A stretch of DNA of 64,000 bases. Source: Omnitrophica WOR_2 bacterium RIFOXYA2_FULL_38_17. GTDB lineage: Bacteria; Omnitrophota; Gorgyraeia; Zapsychrales; Zapsychraceae. The translations under genes were made by a program, and so were the position numbers. Below are positions 47,383 to 56,131 of the stretch, one piece after another (position 1 is the stretch's first letter; each line of letters opens with the position of its first letter). The notes below the pieces were generated by a model, which saw nothing but the letters and a program-made list of their open reading frames with translations, was not told the DNA's origin and did not search any database. Where the stretch lies: assembly GCA_001805965.1 (NCBI GenBank), contig MHHG01000073.1, forward strand, positions 18,080-82,079, given 5' to 3'.

Positions 47383-49131
47383 TTACCTGTATTCTTCCCT
47401 AATTATCAATTCATCCAAATTATGGAACAATCCGCCAAACTTGGTCGGGTTTAGATTTTCAAACTTATTCCTTACCGAATATAACCGAGATGATAATACT
47501 GTATAGATCATAGGAAGCTTTTGTGAAATGATCCTCTGGAACTCATCATACAACTGCTTCCTTTTATTCTCATCCAATTCCTGCACTCCTTGATTGAATA
47601 TCTCATCTATCCTGGCTTCCCAGTCTGTTGCCGGTGATTCCTGACGAGGGTACCACATATGAAGGTTTCCTTTGGAATCCCAGACATTCTTTCCAAAATG
47701 AGGCTCTATGCCTCCTGTTAGCCCTAATACCACCGCCTCCCACTCATAAGTGGATGTCAATTTACTCACTATATTATTAAACTCTAATACGAGAAAGTTC
47801 ACCTTCATTCCAATAGCCTGCAGATCGGAACGAATTATAGAAGCTATTAAAACCCTCGGATCACCCATACCGCCGTTTGTATACAGATTAAATTCAAGAA
47901 CATTTCCTTTTGTATCCTCTAAATAACCATCACCATCTCTATCAATAAATCCCTGGGATCTCAAAATGGCTCTTGCCTTATCAAGATCATAATCATATTC
48001 CGTAACATCAGGATTATAATAAAATCCCGCGCTGGGGCTCATTGAGGAATATTGGGGATAGCCGAATCCGTTCATTACCATTTCAACGATCCTCTGTTTA
48101 TCAATAGCATGCGCGACAGCTTTCCTAAACTCAACGTTGGTAAACCATTCCAGTTTATAATCTTCAACATACGGTTTATTAGTTTGAGCATTTGTCCCTC
48201 TGTTCTGGTTAAAGAAAATAAAATTTGAACCAAATGCGGGCCCAATGTCCAAGACTTCATAATCGCCCCTCTTTTCATTAGGCTTCACAAGAGGATAATC
48301 CTGCGCACGTATTGCTACAGCGTCAAGCTCACCATCAAGGAACTTTAACAACTCAACATCCTGGCTCTGCACGATCAAATAAACGACCTTTTCAATGTAT
48401 GGAAGTCGGTCACCAGAATCCGATCTTTTCCAGTAATTCGGATTTCTTCTATACATGAGCCTTTGCCCAGGCTTATAATCAGTCAAAATATATGCACCCG
48501 TGCCGATGATCTCTTTCGGATCCGTATCTATACCCCATGTAAAATTGAATTTTCCGGCATCAACAGCGTTTTTAAGCCTATGCTTTGGCAGGATCGACTG
48601 CCCCATGCTTCTTAAAAAGGGCGCAAACTTAACAGGCAGGGTAAATCTGACCGTCAGGTCATCCACTTTTTCCACGTTGAATTTATTTCCGTCAACTGAG
48701 AAAATATCGCTGGCCGAGTTAGGGACTGTTTCATTGTATATCAGGTCGTTGAATGTGAAGACAACATCATCCGCGGTGAATTGCTTTCCGTCAAACCAAA
48801 GAACATCATCACGAAGATGAAAGGTCCAAATCAGCCCGTCACTTGATACATCCCAGCTTTGCGCCAAGTTAGGCTCAACCTCGCCTGTAATGCCATTGGT
48901 CCTGGTTAAACCTTCGAACAACATATTAGTTACATCCGTCGTTGAGGTTTCCTTGGCTAGAATATCATTGAATGACTTTGGATCGCTCGTTGTTGACAGG
49001 ACAAGAGTCCCGCCATATTTATCATTAGGAACATCAGCGAAAACATTTGAAGAGATAATTGAACCAAGAATGGAAAAGAATGCGAACAAGCAGATCGAAG
49101 AGAGAAAATTCTTTTTCTTATTTTTGTGCAT
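47383..49131 (-). CDS. oppA: Oligopeptide ABC transporter substrate-binding protein (SBP family 5)
   Basis: Start set at MHKNKKKNFLSSICLFAFFSILGSIISSNVFA (signal peptide) at 49131. The ORF-track start at 49248 reads through an upstream hairpin-repeat region. SBP_bac_5 fold motifs throughout. Confidence 0.8.
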   Translation of the reverse strand: MHKNKKKNFLSSICLFAFFSILGSIISSNVFADVPNDKYGGTLVLSTTSDPKSFNDILAKETSTTDVTNMLFEGLTRTNGITGEVEPNLAQSWDVSSDGLIWTFHLRDDVLWFDGKQFTADDVVFTFNDLIYNETVPNSASDIFSVDGNKFNVEKVDDLTVRFTLPVKFAPFLRSMGQSILPKHRLKNAVDAGKFNFTWGIDTDPKEIIGTGAYILTDYKPGQRLMYRRNPNYWKRSDSGDRLPYIEKVVYLIVQSQDVELLKFLDGELDAVAIRAQDYPLVKPNEKRGDYEVLDIGPAFGSNFIFFNQNRGTNAQTNKPYVEDYKLEWFTNVEFRKAVAHAIDKQRIVEMVMNGFGYPQYSSMSPSAGFYYNPDVTEYDYDLDKARAILRSQGFIDRDGDGYLEDTKGNVLEFNLYTNGGMGDPRVLIASIIRSDLQAIGMKVNFLVLEFNNIVSKLTSTYEWEAVVLGLTGGIEPHFGKNVWDSKGNLHMWYPRQESPATDWEARIDEIFNQGVQELDENKRKQLYDEFQRIISQKLPMIYTVLSSRLYSVRNKFENLNPTKFGGLFHNLDELIIREEYR

Positions 49132-49137
49132 AGTATA

Positions 49138-49274
49138 GGGGTCAAGTCTCGACTTGACTACACCTTTATTATTTTCGTAAAATAAAAGTACACATGAGCG
49201 CAAACAACAAAACACTTCATTGCGAGGAATAAAAAAAGCATCTTGCATAGGGAAGCAAGTCGAGACTTGCCCCC
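49138..49274. repeat. Pair of inverted GC-rich hairpin repeats (copies 2 and 3) flanking a 91-bp AT-rich segment in the secG-oppA spacer
   Basis: GGGGTCAAGTCTCGACTTGAC at 49138..49158 and its reverse-complement form GGGAAGCAAGTCGAGACTTGCCCCC at 49250..49274. Same family as 43368..43390. Confidence 0.5.
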
Positions 49275-49280
49275 TATTCT

Positions 49281-49583
49281 TTATTCTTGTGTATTTGCAA
49301 TAGTTTTGACAGTCTTATCTGCAAGGTTCTGGGCATTTCTTTTTGCCATAACAGAAACTTCTTTTTTAGCTGAAAGCACAGCCAATGTTAAAGAAGTAAC
49401 CAGAAAGACCCCTGCCAGAACTGTTGTAGCCTTGATCATGAACTCATTTGTTTGCGCGCCAAACATCGATTCGGCAGATGCAAAACCTTCAGTTAACCCC
49501 CCGCCTCTTCCTGACTGCATCAAAATAACTGCGATGATCAAAACACATGTAATAACATGTACAAAAAACATTAATCCTTCCAT
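49281..49583 (-). CDS. secG: Preprotein translocase subunit SecG
   Basis: Two TM helices with the SecG motif LMQSGRGGGL. 100 aa. Confidence 0.85.
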   Translation of the reverse strand: MEGLMFFVHVITCVLIIAVILMQSGRGGGLTEGFASAESMFGAQTNEFMIKATTVLAGVFLVTSLTLAVLSAKKEVSVMAKRNAQNLADKTVKTIANTQE

Positions 49584-49621
49584 AATACGATTCCTTATCC
49601 TTTATTCAAACACTTAAGTGA

Positions 49622-50377
49622 TTATAAGGCACCCTTAACCAGAGCAATAAACGAATCCGGCTTCAAACTTGCTCCGCCGACAAGCGCACCATCAATATCT
49701 TCTTGAGACATTAATTCTTTTATATTATCAGGCTTAACACTTCCTCCATACTGAATTCTCAAAGCAGCAGCGATTTCATCATTCCCGATCTCAGCGATAA
49801 TTCCACGGATGAATTTATGGACTTCTTGTGCCTGTTGTGGAGTTGCTGTCTTCCCGGTCCCAATAGCCCAAACCGGTTCATAAGCAATAATAAATTTTGA
49901 TAGTTCGTCAGGTGTAAATCCTGCCAATGATTGAGTTACTTGTGTTTTAACAACATCGAATGTCTTTCCTGTTTCTCTTTCCTCTAATACCTCGCCGACA
50001 CAAACAATAGGCAATAGGCCCGATGCTAATGCTGCTTTGATCTTTTTGTTGACTGTCTGGTTTGTTTCACCAAAAAATTGCCTTCGTTCAGAATGGCCAA
50101 TAATTACATATTTACAACCGGCATCTTTGATCAATGGCGCAGAAACTTCACCTGTAAAAGCGCCTGAATCTTCCCAATACAGGTTTTGTGCACCCATATC
50201 GATATTTGATTCCAATATAACATCATTGATCGCAGAAAGTGATGTAAACACAGGACAAACCACTATATCAACCTCATCAACATCGCTAAGTTCCCTTTTT
50301 AACAATGTTACAAGTTCAATAGACGCATCTATCGTTTTATTTAACTTCCAATTCCCGGCAATAATTGGTTTTCTCAT
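49622..50377 (-). CDS. tpiA: Triosephosphate isomerase
   Basis: IAGNWKLN, GHSERR and AYEPVWAIGTGKTAT active-site motifs. Confidence 0.95.
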   Translation of the reverse strand: MRKPIIAGNWKLNKTIDASIELVTLLKRELSDVDEVDIVVCPVFTSLSAINDVILESNIDMGAQNLYWEDSGAFTGEVSAPLIKDAGCKYVIIGHSERRQFFGETNQTVNKKIKAALASGLLPIVCVGEVLEERETGKTFDVVKTQVTQSLAGFTPDELSKFIIAYEPVWAIGTGKTATPQQAQEVHKFIRGIIAEIGNDEIAAALRIQYGGSVKPDNIKELMSQEDIDGALVGGASLKPDSFIALVKGAL

Positions 50378-50402
50378 TATTATACTCTTCTCCTTTACTA
50401 AT

Positions 50403-51584
50403 TTATTTGTCTGTAAGCGCCGCTATTCCAGGCAAGACCTTACCTTCTAAATATTCTAATGATGCCCCGCCACCTGTTGAGATGTGAGTCATCTTATCGT
50501 CAACGCCAAATTTGCTTACTGCAGCTGCAGAATCACCGCCGCCAACGATCGTTGTAACACCTTTAAGCGTTGCAAGATATTCAGCGATTTCTTTTGTTCC
50601 TTTAGCGTATTCATCAATTTCAAAAACACCAACTGGCCCATTCCATACAACTGTCTTGGCTCTTGCAAGCACTGCCTTGAACTTCGCTATTGTTGCCGGA
50701 CCTATATCCAATCCTTCCCATCCATCTTCGATATCTGTCACTAACTTCAGGCTATCTTTGTTATCAAAATTATCAACAACCATAAAATCAGATGATAAAA
50801 CGATATTAACGCCAACTTTTTTTGCTTTAGCCAGAAGGTCTTTTGCAATACCGATCTTATCCGCTTCAAGAAGTGAGTTACCGACATTCTTTCCTTGTGC
50901 CTTGAGAAACGTATAAGCCATTCCACCGCCAATAAGAATTGAATCAGCTTTCTTCAGAAGGTTCTCTATCAACAGGATCTTATCCGAAACCTTTGCCCCG
51001 CCTAATATAACCACAAATGGCTTGTCAGGATTTTCAACGGCCTTACCTAAATAACTTACTTCTTTTTCTAAAAGAAAACCGGCAGCTGACTTTAAGTATT
51101 TTGTAATGCCTTCTGTTGAAGCATGTGCACGGTGCGCTGTTCCGAATGCATCATTTACATATACATCAGCTAATGAGGCTAATTGCTTGGCAAATGCAGG
51201 ATCATTTTTTGTTTCTTCTTTATGAAAGCGCAGATTCTCAAGAACTATAACTCTCGCTGAACTCTTGGCAATAGCAGCTTTTACATCATCACCAATACAA
51301 TCTTTAAGCATCAAAACATCTTCACCTAACAATTCTTTAAGCCTTTTTGCAACAGGGGTAAGCCTCATGTTTTCAACAACCTTGCCTTCTGGGCGTCCAA
51401 AATGGCTCATTAGGATCATTTTTGCCGCCCCCTGCGCTAAAACATATTTCAATGTCGGAAGCGCTCCCTGGATTCTCATATCATCAGTAATGTTCAGATC
51501 ATCATCCAGCGGAACATTAAAATCACAGCGAATTATTACTTTTTTCCCTTTTAATTCCAAATCTTTTACATTTAGTTTAGCCAT
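50403..51584 (-). CDS. pgk: Phosphoglycerate kinase
   Basis: [18 protein letters not shown] and GGGASLE motifs. 393 aa. Confidence 0.95.
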   Translation of the reverse strand: MAKLNVKDLELKGKKVIIRCDFNVPLDDDLNITDDMRIQGALPTLKYVLAQGAAKMILMSHFGRPEGKVVENMRLTPVAKRLKELLGEDVLMLKDCIGDDVKAAIAKSSARVIVLENLRFHKEETKNDPAFAKQLASLADVYVNDAFGTAHRAHASTEGITKYLKSAAGFLLEKEVSYLGKAVENPDKPFVVILGGAKVSDKILLIENLLKKADSILIGGGMAYTFLKAQGKNVGNSLLEADKIGIAKDLLAKAKKVGVNIVLSSDFMVVDNFDNKDSLKLVTDIEDGWEGLDIGPATIAKFKAVLARAKTVVWNGPVGVFEIDEYAKGTKEIAEYLATLKGVTTIVGGGDSAAAVSKFGVDDKMTHISTGGGASLEYLEGKVLPGIAALTDK

Positions 51585-51737
51585 TTCTCCCCCATATATT
51601 AAATACTATTAATAATATACTTTTTTCAGATGGGATGTATTATATCTAATAATCTTGATTTGTCAAATAGGTAAATAAATAGCTAATAAAATGATGGCAG
51701 GCATCACATATTTGTTGTTTTGATCTTAACGTATAGG

Positions 51738-54700
51738 CTAATTTAAGCTAACTTCAAGAACCTCTTTAGATCCGGTATTTTTTCCAAACAAGATCGGCAG
51801 GATCGTTACTGGAGTGATATTGATTATTACAGGTGTGAATCCGCGTATATCGAGGTTTTCAATATCCTGAAATTCAATTGGAAACGGGATATTATGATCA
51901 TCCCGCTTTATCTTAAAATTAATATTCAAAGGATTCAAATCGATACCACCAACATTCTGTTCCCTTGTGGCTAAATTTTCATCATCGGTCTGATCTATCC
52001 TGTTTAAACCGAGAATAGCAGCATCTGCATATGTAAATTCAGCATTAAGCTGTAATATTTCTTGAGGATTAAGGTCTTCTTTCGCAAGCTGGTAAATAAC
52101 CTTATGGTTCTTTACTCCTTCTTTCCACCCGACATCTTCATTCATAGCATTTTCAACGATTTGTTTCCAAAGCCCTGAATTTTCATTATAAACCCTGTTA
52201 GCCCGCATTATTGTATTGAAAAATTCCTGCGCATTATGATCACGTCGATAATTATCTTCCCATGGATTTGCAAATGTCCTATCTGCCCCGTAAAATCCAA
52301 AACCTGTCTGCTGTGGTGACCCTTCGCCAATTACACTGTCTATCAATCCACCTGTCCATCTTACTATCGGGATAGCCCCGTATAACAAAGCTTTTAATTG
52401 CCCAAGACCAGACGGCTCAAAATCAGAAGGCATCAAAAGAGCATCAATACCAGAAAGAAGCATTCTTTCTATATCCACGTCAAAAGGAGAATAAACAACA
52501 TTTATGTCAATTGATACATCATCTGAAGTCTCTTGCGCCAATCTTTTGATCTCATCAACTATCCATTTCTCATTATCTTCTCCATCCCCTAAAACCACCA
52601 GGTCAATCGGAAGCTTGGTTTCTTTTGCCTTTTGAATCACCTGCGGCAGAATATCCATTTGTTTCTGCTTTACCAGGCGGGCATTCGTACCTAAAAGCAT
52701 TCTTTGAGAACCGACCTCTAAATTTCCATAATAAGATCCATCATTCTTCTTATTTGAAAAATATTCCTGAATAGATCTTTTATTTTGCGATCGCGCTTCT
52801 AACACACTGTCAATTCCATCATTTATCGAATAATTTACATGAATTTTGTTATCCGTTTTTGGATTCCAAAGCTCAACGCTTACGCCATTCATAATTCCTA
52901 AAAAATACTTTCCCGCTGCTTTAAGACGTGTATCTGAAGTAAAACCAAAAGGCGTATTAATAACCTGCTGTGCATATGTAGGGCTCACGGTAGTTGCATA
53001 ATTACCTGGGCCTAAAATGCCGACTGCACCGGCAAGAAGCTGGATCTCCCTTTTGTACTCTTTATTAGGGATATAAAGCAACTCTTCAATTTCCGGAAAT
53101 TCTTGCAAGCCCAATTCTTCAGCCAGATCAGTATTGTAATCTCCAGGATAACCAATATTGTTTATTGCAAATACACTGGCAACATCCTTAAAATCGTCCT
53201 TAAATATGCTTCTCATATAAAGCGAGACCAAGGCTGTATGATGATCATGAGCTTCAACAACATCCAGTTGCTCGTTTAGTCCTAGCTTTTTCAATAGCAT
53301 TAAGCCAGCTTTAGATAAAATAACCGACTCGTAAAACTCATTATCTTTATTCTGATAAAGATCATTGAACAAACTTACATCATCGACATTTAAAGCATAA
53401 ACTTCCACGCCATCAATAATTGTTTTCTGCGCAGTAACAGTGACATTCGCTCTTTTTTTAAACCCAACTATTTCTTCAAAACCCTCAACATCCGTCCAAA
53501 TGTATTTATCATAGTTCAATTGTTTTGATCTTCCCTTAAACCTGGGGACAACAACAACCGGCCTGGTTGATTCATCAGTTGATTTTGCTAACTCAACAAA
53601 TTTTTCATAAACAGCATCACCAAGTCCGGCCCTCTTGGCAACAGCAGAGAACTCCATTGAGATTGCGGCTGCGCGCCCTTCAAAACGAGGAGCAACTCTG
53701 ACAATACCATCTGTTTCCACATATTGTCTTTCACCGCGAGGATCATTAATCCACATCATGCTGCCATCATTTTGCTCAATCGCAAATGTGTAGGCAAATT
53801 CATAAGCAGCATCTGTTTCTATTCTTAATTTAACCTGATATTCATTTTTACCATCTCTATACCCCAGCTTTTCAACAACCCCTTTTTTTGAAACCCATGC
53901 CCCACCCAGATTAGAATGAAGAATTATACTTTCAGAAATATCTTTATCTTCACCTTCAATGCTTATTTTTAACGAAAATTCCTCACCTGAGAGAGCATTT
54001 ATATTCTTGGTAACATTCGGGATATAAATATTACCCAGCATAGAAGTGTCTACTGGATCTTTTTTATCATTTACGGGGCTAAGATCATCATTTAAGATCA
54101 CCTTTGTATTATCAAGATTGGAACTGTTAAGCTCCCCCCTAATGCCAGCAAAATATTCTTCAGGTATCCTCTGACGATCCTTTGTTACTTCAGTAATACG
54201 TTCATAATCATTCCCGTTCCACCCTCCGCTAAAATATTTTCTAGGTATGATCTGCTGAGTTGAAGGGTCATATTCTTCTTTAATATAGTTAAAAACACCA
54301 TTCTTAAAACTTTCAACATACTGGTTGTAAATCTTTTCTTTTATTGTTTTATCTTCGATATCTATTCCATCAACCTTTGCCTTATCGACATAAACTTTAC
54401 CCAACAGACTTTCCTTTAAGGTCTTTTTATACCAAGTCGCAAGGATCAATGAATTTGTAATTTGTCTTAAAAGGGCGAAATGCTTGCCGTGATTTACTTC
54501 TTTTTCTAGCTCCGGGATAATAATTTCCCTGATTATTGATTTAGCATTCTCCTGTTTATCTATCGCTAACAAATCCTCATCTGAAGACAATCGTTCTTTC
54601 TGATTATTTTGCTGTGATAAATAATCTTCCTCTAACATGACCTTCAAATGGCTTTTGACCAAATATGCGACATTACCTTCCTCGTAAACAAGCGCCTCAT

Positions 54701-55277
54701 CCGGAACGATCCATACTTTGTTAAAAGTATCAATGGGAATATCCTCAGTGCCATACTTTTCGTAAGCCAGATCATATATCCTGTCCCAAAAACTACGGCC
54801 TATTTTTTCATCAGGATTCAGCAAGGACGCCGTTATCTGTTTAAGCAGGTAATCCTGAGCAAGAAGGTCGCGGCCCATCTCGGTATAACTGAATTTTTCC
54901 GGAATAATACGATCATTTTCATACGGGGATAAATTAACCCACATCTGATCTTCGGGAATAGTTAAAGATGCAAGAAAATACTTGATCAATTTATTATATT
55001 TTACCTGCTTTTCATCATCATCAAGGACCTCATCACCCTTGCTAATAATAAAATTAAACTCTAACGGGTTACTGGGATTGATCTCAACTGCCTTTATAGA
55101 GGCGGGTTCAAAAAGATCACTCAATCCAACAAGGGTGCCAACACTTGGAAGCCCTAATAAACTTTGAGCTTGATAAAGTGCAACCTGAGCATATGCCGCA
55201 GGTAAAATTTGAACAGATAAAAACGCAAATACTATCAAAACTGATACAAATTTTCTAAAATGTGTTGATATCTTCAT
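51738..55277 (-). CDS. Large exported multidomain protein (1179 aa): shared N-terminal domain, putative carbohydrate-binding middle region, glycogen/starch-synthase-like GT5 domain and conserved C-terminal module
   Basis: Sec signal peptide with AYA/Q cleavage site. N-terminal ~330 aa paralogous to 34583..37531 (WVNLSPYENxRIIPE, TEMGRDLLAQDYLLKQ, DTFNKVWIVPD, IIPRKYFSGG). The central region matches GlgA: EFSAVAKRAGLGDA (KTGGL box variant), EAHDHHTAL, TTVSPTYAQQV, GIMNGVSVELWNPKTD, SDFEPSGLGQLKALLYGAIPIVRWTGGLIDSV. C-terminal NVGGIDLN...IKR..IPFP...GFTPVIINITPV module plus a charged tail. Confidence 0.75.
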   Translation of the reverse strand: MKISTHFRKFVSVLIVFAFLSVQILPAAYAQVALYQAQSLLGLPSVGTLVGLSDLFEPASIKAVEINPSNPLEFNFIISKGDEVLDDDEKQVKYNKLIKYFLASLTIPEDQMWVNLSPYENDRIIPEKFSYTEMGRDLLAQDYLLKQITASLLNPDEKIGRSFWDRIYDLAYEKYGTEDIPIDTFNKVWIVPDEALVYEEGNVAYLVKSHLKVMLEEDYLSQQNNQKERLSSDEDLLAIDKQENAKSIIREIIIPELEKEVNHGKHFALLRQITNSLILATWYKKTLKESLLGKVYVDKAKVDGIDIEDKTIKEKIYNQYVESFKNGVFNYIKEEYDPSTQQIIPRKYFSGGWNGNDYERITEVTKDRQRIPEEYFAGIRGELNSSNLDNTKVILNDDLSPVNDKKDPVDTSMLGNIYIPNVTKNINALSGEEFSLKISIEGEDKDISESIILHSNLGGAWVSKKGVVEKLGYRDGKNEYQVKLRIETDAAYEFAYTFAIEQNDGSMMWINDPRGERQYVETDGIVRVAPRFEGRAAAISMEFSAVAKRAGLGDAVYEKFVELAKSTDESTRPVVVVPRFKGRSKQLNYDKYIWTDVEGFEEIVGFKKRANVTVTAQKTIIDGVEVYALNVDDVSLFNDLYQNKDNEFYESVILSKAGLMLLKKLGLNEQLDVVEAHDHHTALVSLYMRSIFKDDFKDVASVFAINNIGYPGDYNTDLAEELGLQEFPEIEELLYIPNKEYKREIQLLAGAVGILGPGNYATTVSPTYAQQVINTPFGFTSDTRLKAAGKYFLGIMNGVSVELWNPKTDNKIHVNYSINDGIDSVLEARSQNKRSIQEYFSNKKNDGSYYGNLEVGSQRMLLGTNARLVKQKQMDILPQVIQKAKETKLPIDLVVLGDGEDNEKWIVDEIKRLAQETSDDVSIDINVVYSPFDVDIERMLLSGIDALLMPSDFEPSGLGQLKALLYGAIPIVRWTGGLIDSVIGEGSPQQTGFGFYGADRTFANPWEDNYRRDHNAQEFFNTIMRANRVYNENSGLWKQIVENAMNEDVGWKEGVKNHKVIYQLAKEDLNPQEILQLNAEFTYADAAILGLNRIDQTDDENLATREQNVGGIDLNPLNINFKIKRDDHNIPFPIEFQDIENLDIRGFTPVIINITPVTILPILFGKNTGSKEVLEVSLN

Positions 55278-55357
55278 AATAAAACCATATTTCTACTAAT
55301 AGTTAACATATTTATATGCTGAAGGTATAACACAACTAGGAAGGAAAGACAAATGCA

Positions 55358-55391
55358 GGTAAATAGGTGGCAAATGTGTCACCTATTTACC
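55358..55391 (-). terminator. Perfect 12-bp inverted repeat hairpin immediately after the stop codon of the 55394..55813 gene (putative terminator/attenuator)
   Basis: GGTAAATAGGTG-gcaaatgtgt-CACCTATTTACC. On the minus strand it is followed by a weak U-tract (GCAUUUGUCUUU). Confidence 0.45.
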
Positions 55392-55393
55392 TA

Positions 55394-55813
55394 TTACTTT
55401 TTCACATAGAGTATTAAAAGAACCAGGCAGGCGCCATATGGAGTGATATCCCAGGTAAATCCCCTATAAACCAGCTTTTCACCTAAAACAATTAAAATAA
55501 TAATCCAGGATATACTAAGAATTACTTTTCCGATAAGCTTAAAAACATTGCAAACACTTCCACTACTGCTGCATTCTGACCCTTGTGCTTGAACGGTCTT
55601 ATTTCCCATCTTTAAAAAAGACTGAACAATTGCGACAATAGTCCTTACGAACAAATAAAAAATATAAAGGATCGGGACCAACTGTACCGCTAAGGCAGGA
55701 AGAAAATAAATGCGGCCTATTATTCCGACAAAGAACAGAACAATCGCAACAGAAAGAAAAACAGCAAATATCAATAACTCACGCAATATCCAATTCCTTG
55801 GCATTAGCGACAT
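55394..55813 (-). CDS. Hypothetical integral membrane protein (139 aa, 4 TM)
   Basis: Four hydrophobic helices. Central loop with CSSSGSVC. No recognisable family. Confidence 0.45.
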   Translation of the reverse strand: MSLMPRNWILRELLIFAVFLSVAIVLFFVGIIGRIYFLPALAVQLVPILYIFYLFVRTIVAIVQSFLKMGNKTVQAQGSECSSSGSVCNVFKLIGKVILSISWIIILIVLGEKLVYRGFTWDITPYGACLVLLILYVKK

Positions 55814-55840
55814 AGCTTTTATCCCCTTAGAACATAAATC

Positions 55841-56089
55841 CTATGATTTATCTTTATTGCATTTACAAAATTTATCAAATTTACAAGGCATAAAGCCGAA
55901 AATAAATATAACAAGGCCAACAATAATAACTGCACCTTGCTTTAATCCGACTCCCATACCGCCACCAATACCTATGTGATCAGCGGTAATACCAAGTAAA
56001 GCGATAACAAAACCAAGCAGTAAACAACATTTACAATTTTTTTTGCTCTCTTTTGCATCTGTCATATTATCCTCCTGGTTAAAAAACAA
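55841..56089 (-). CDS. Small Cys-rich two-TM membrane protein (82 aa)
   Basis: N-terminal CKCC and C-terminal CKFDKFCKC clusters flank two TM helices joined by a Gly-rich GIGGGMGVG loop. Confidence 0.4.
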   Translation of the reverse strand: MFFNQEDNMTDAKESKKNCKCCLLLGFVIALLGITADHIGIGGGMGVGLKQGAVIIVGLVIFIFGFMPCKFDKFCKCNKDKS

Positions 56090-56131
56090 CTTCCATTAAG
56101 TTTTCCTTATTATAACAAAACTAAGGAATTT

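Noticed and set aside
49132-49248. N-terminal extension of the oppA ORF in the track (MQDAFFIPRNEVFCC...)
   Set aside because: The extension reads through the GC-rich hairpin repeats and an AT-rich spacer. A typical signal peptide starts at the internal Met at 49131, so the upstream part is treated as 5' UTR.
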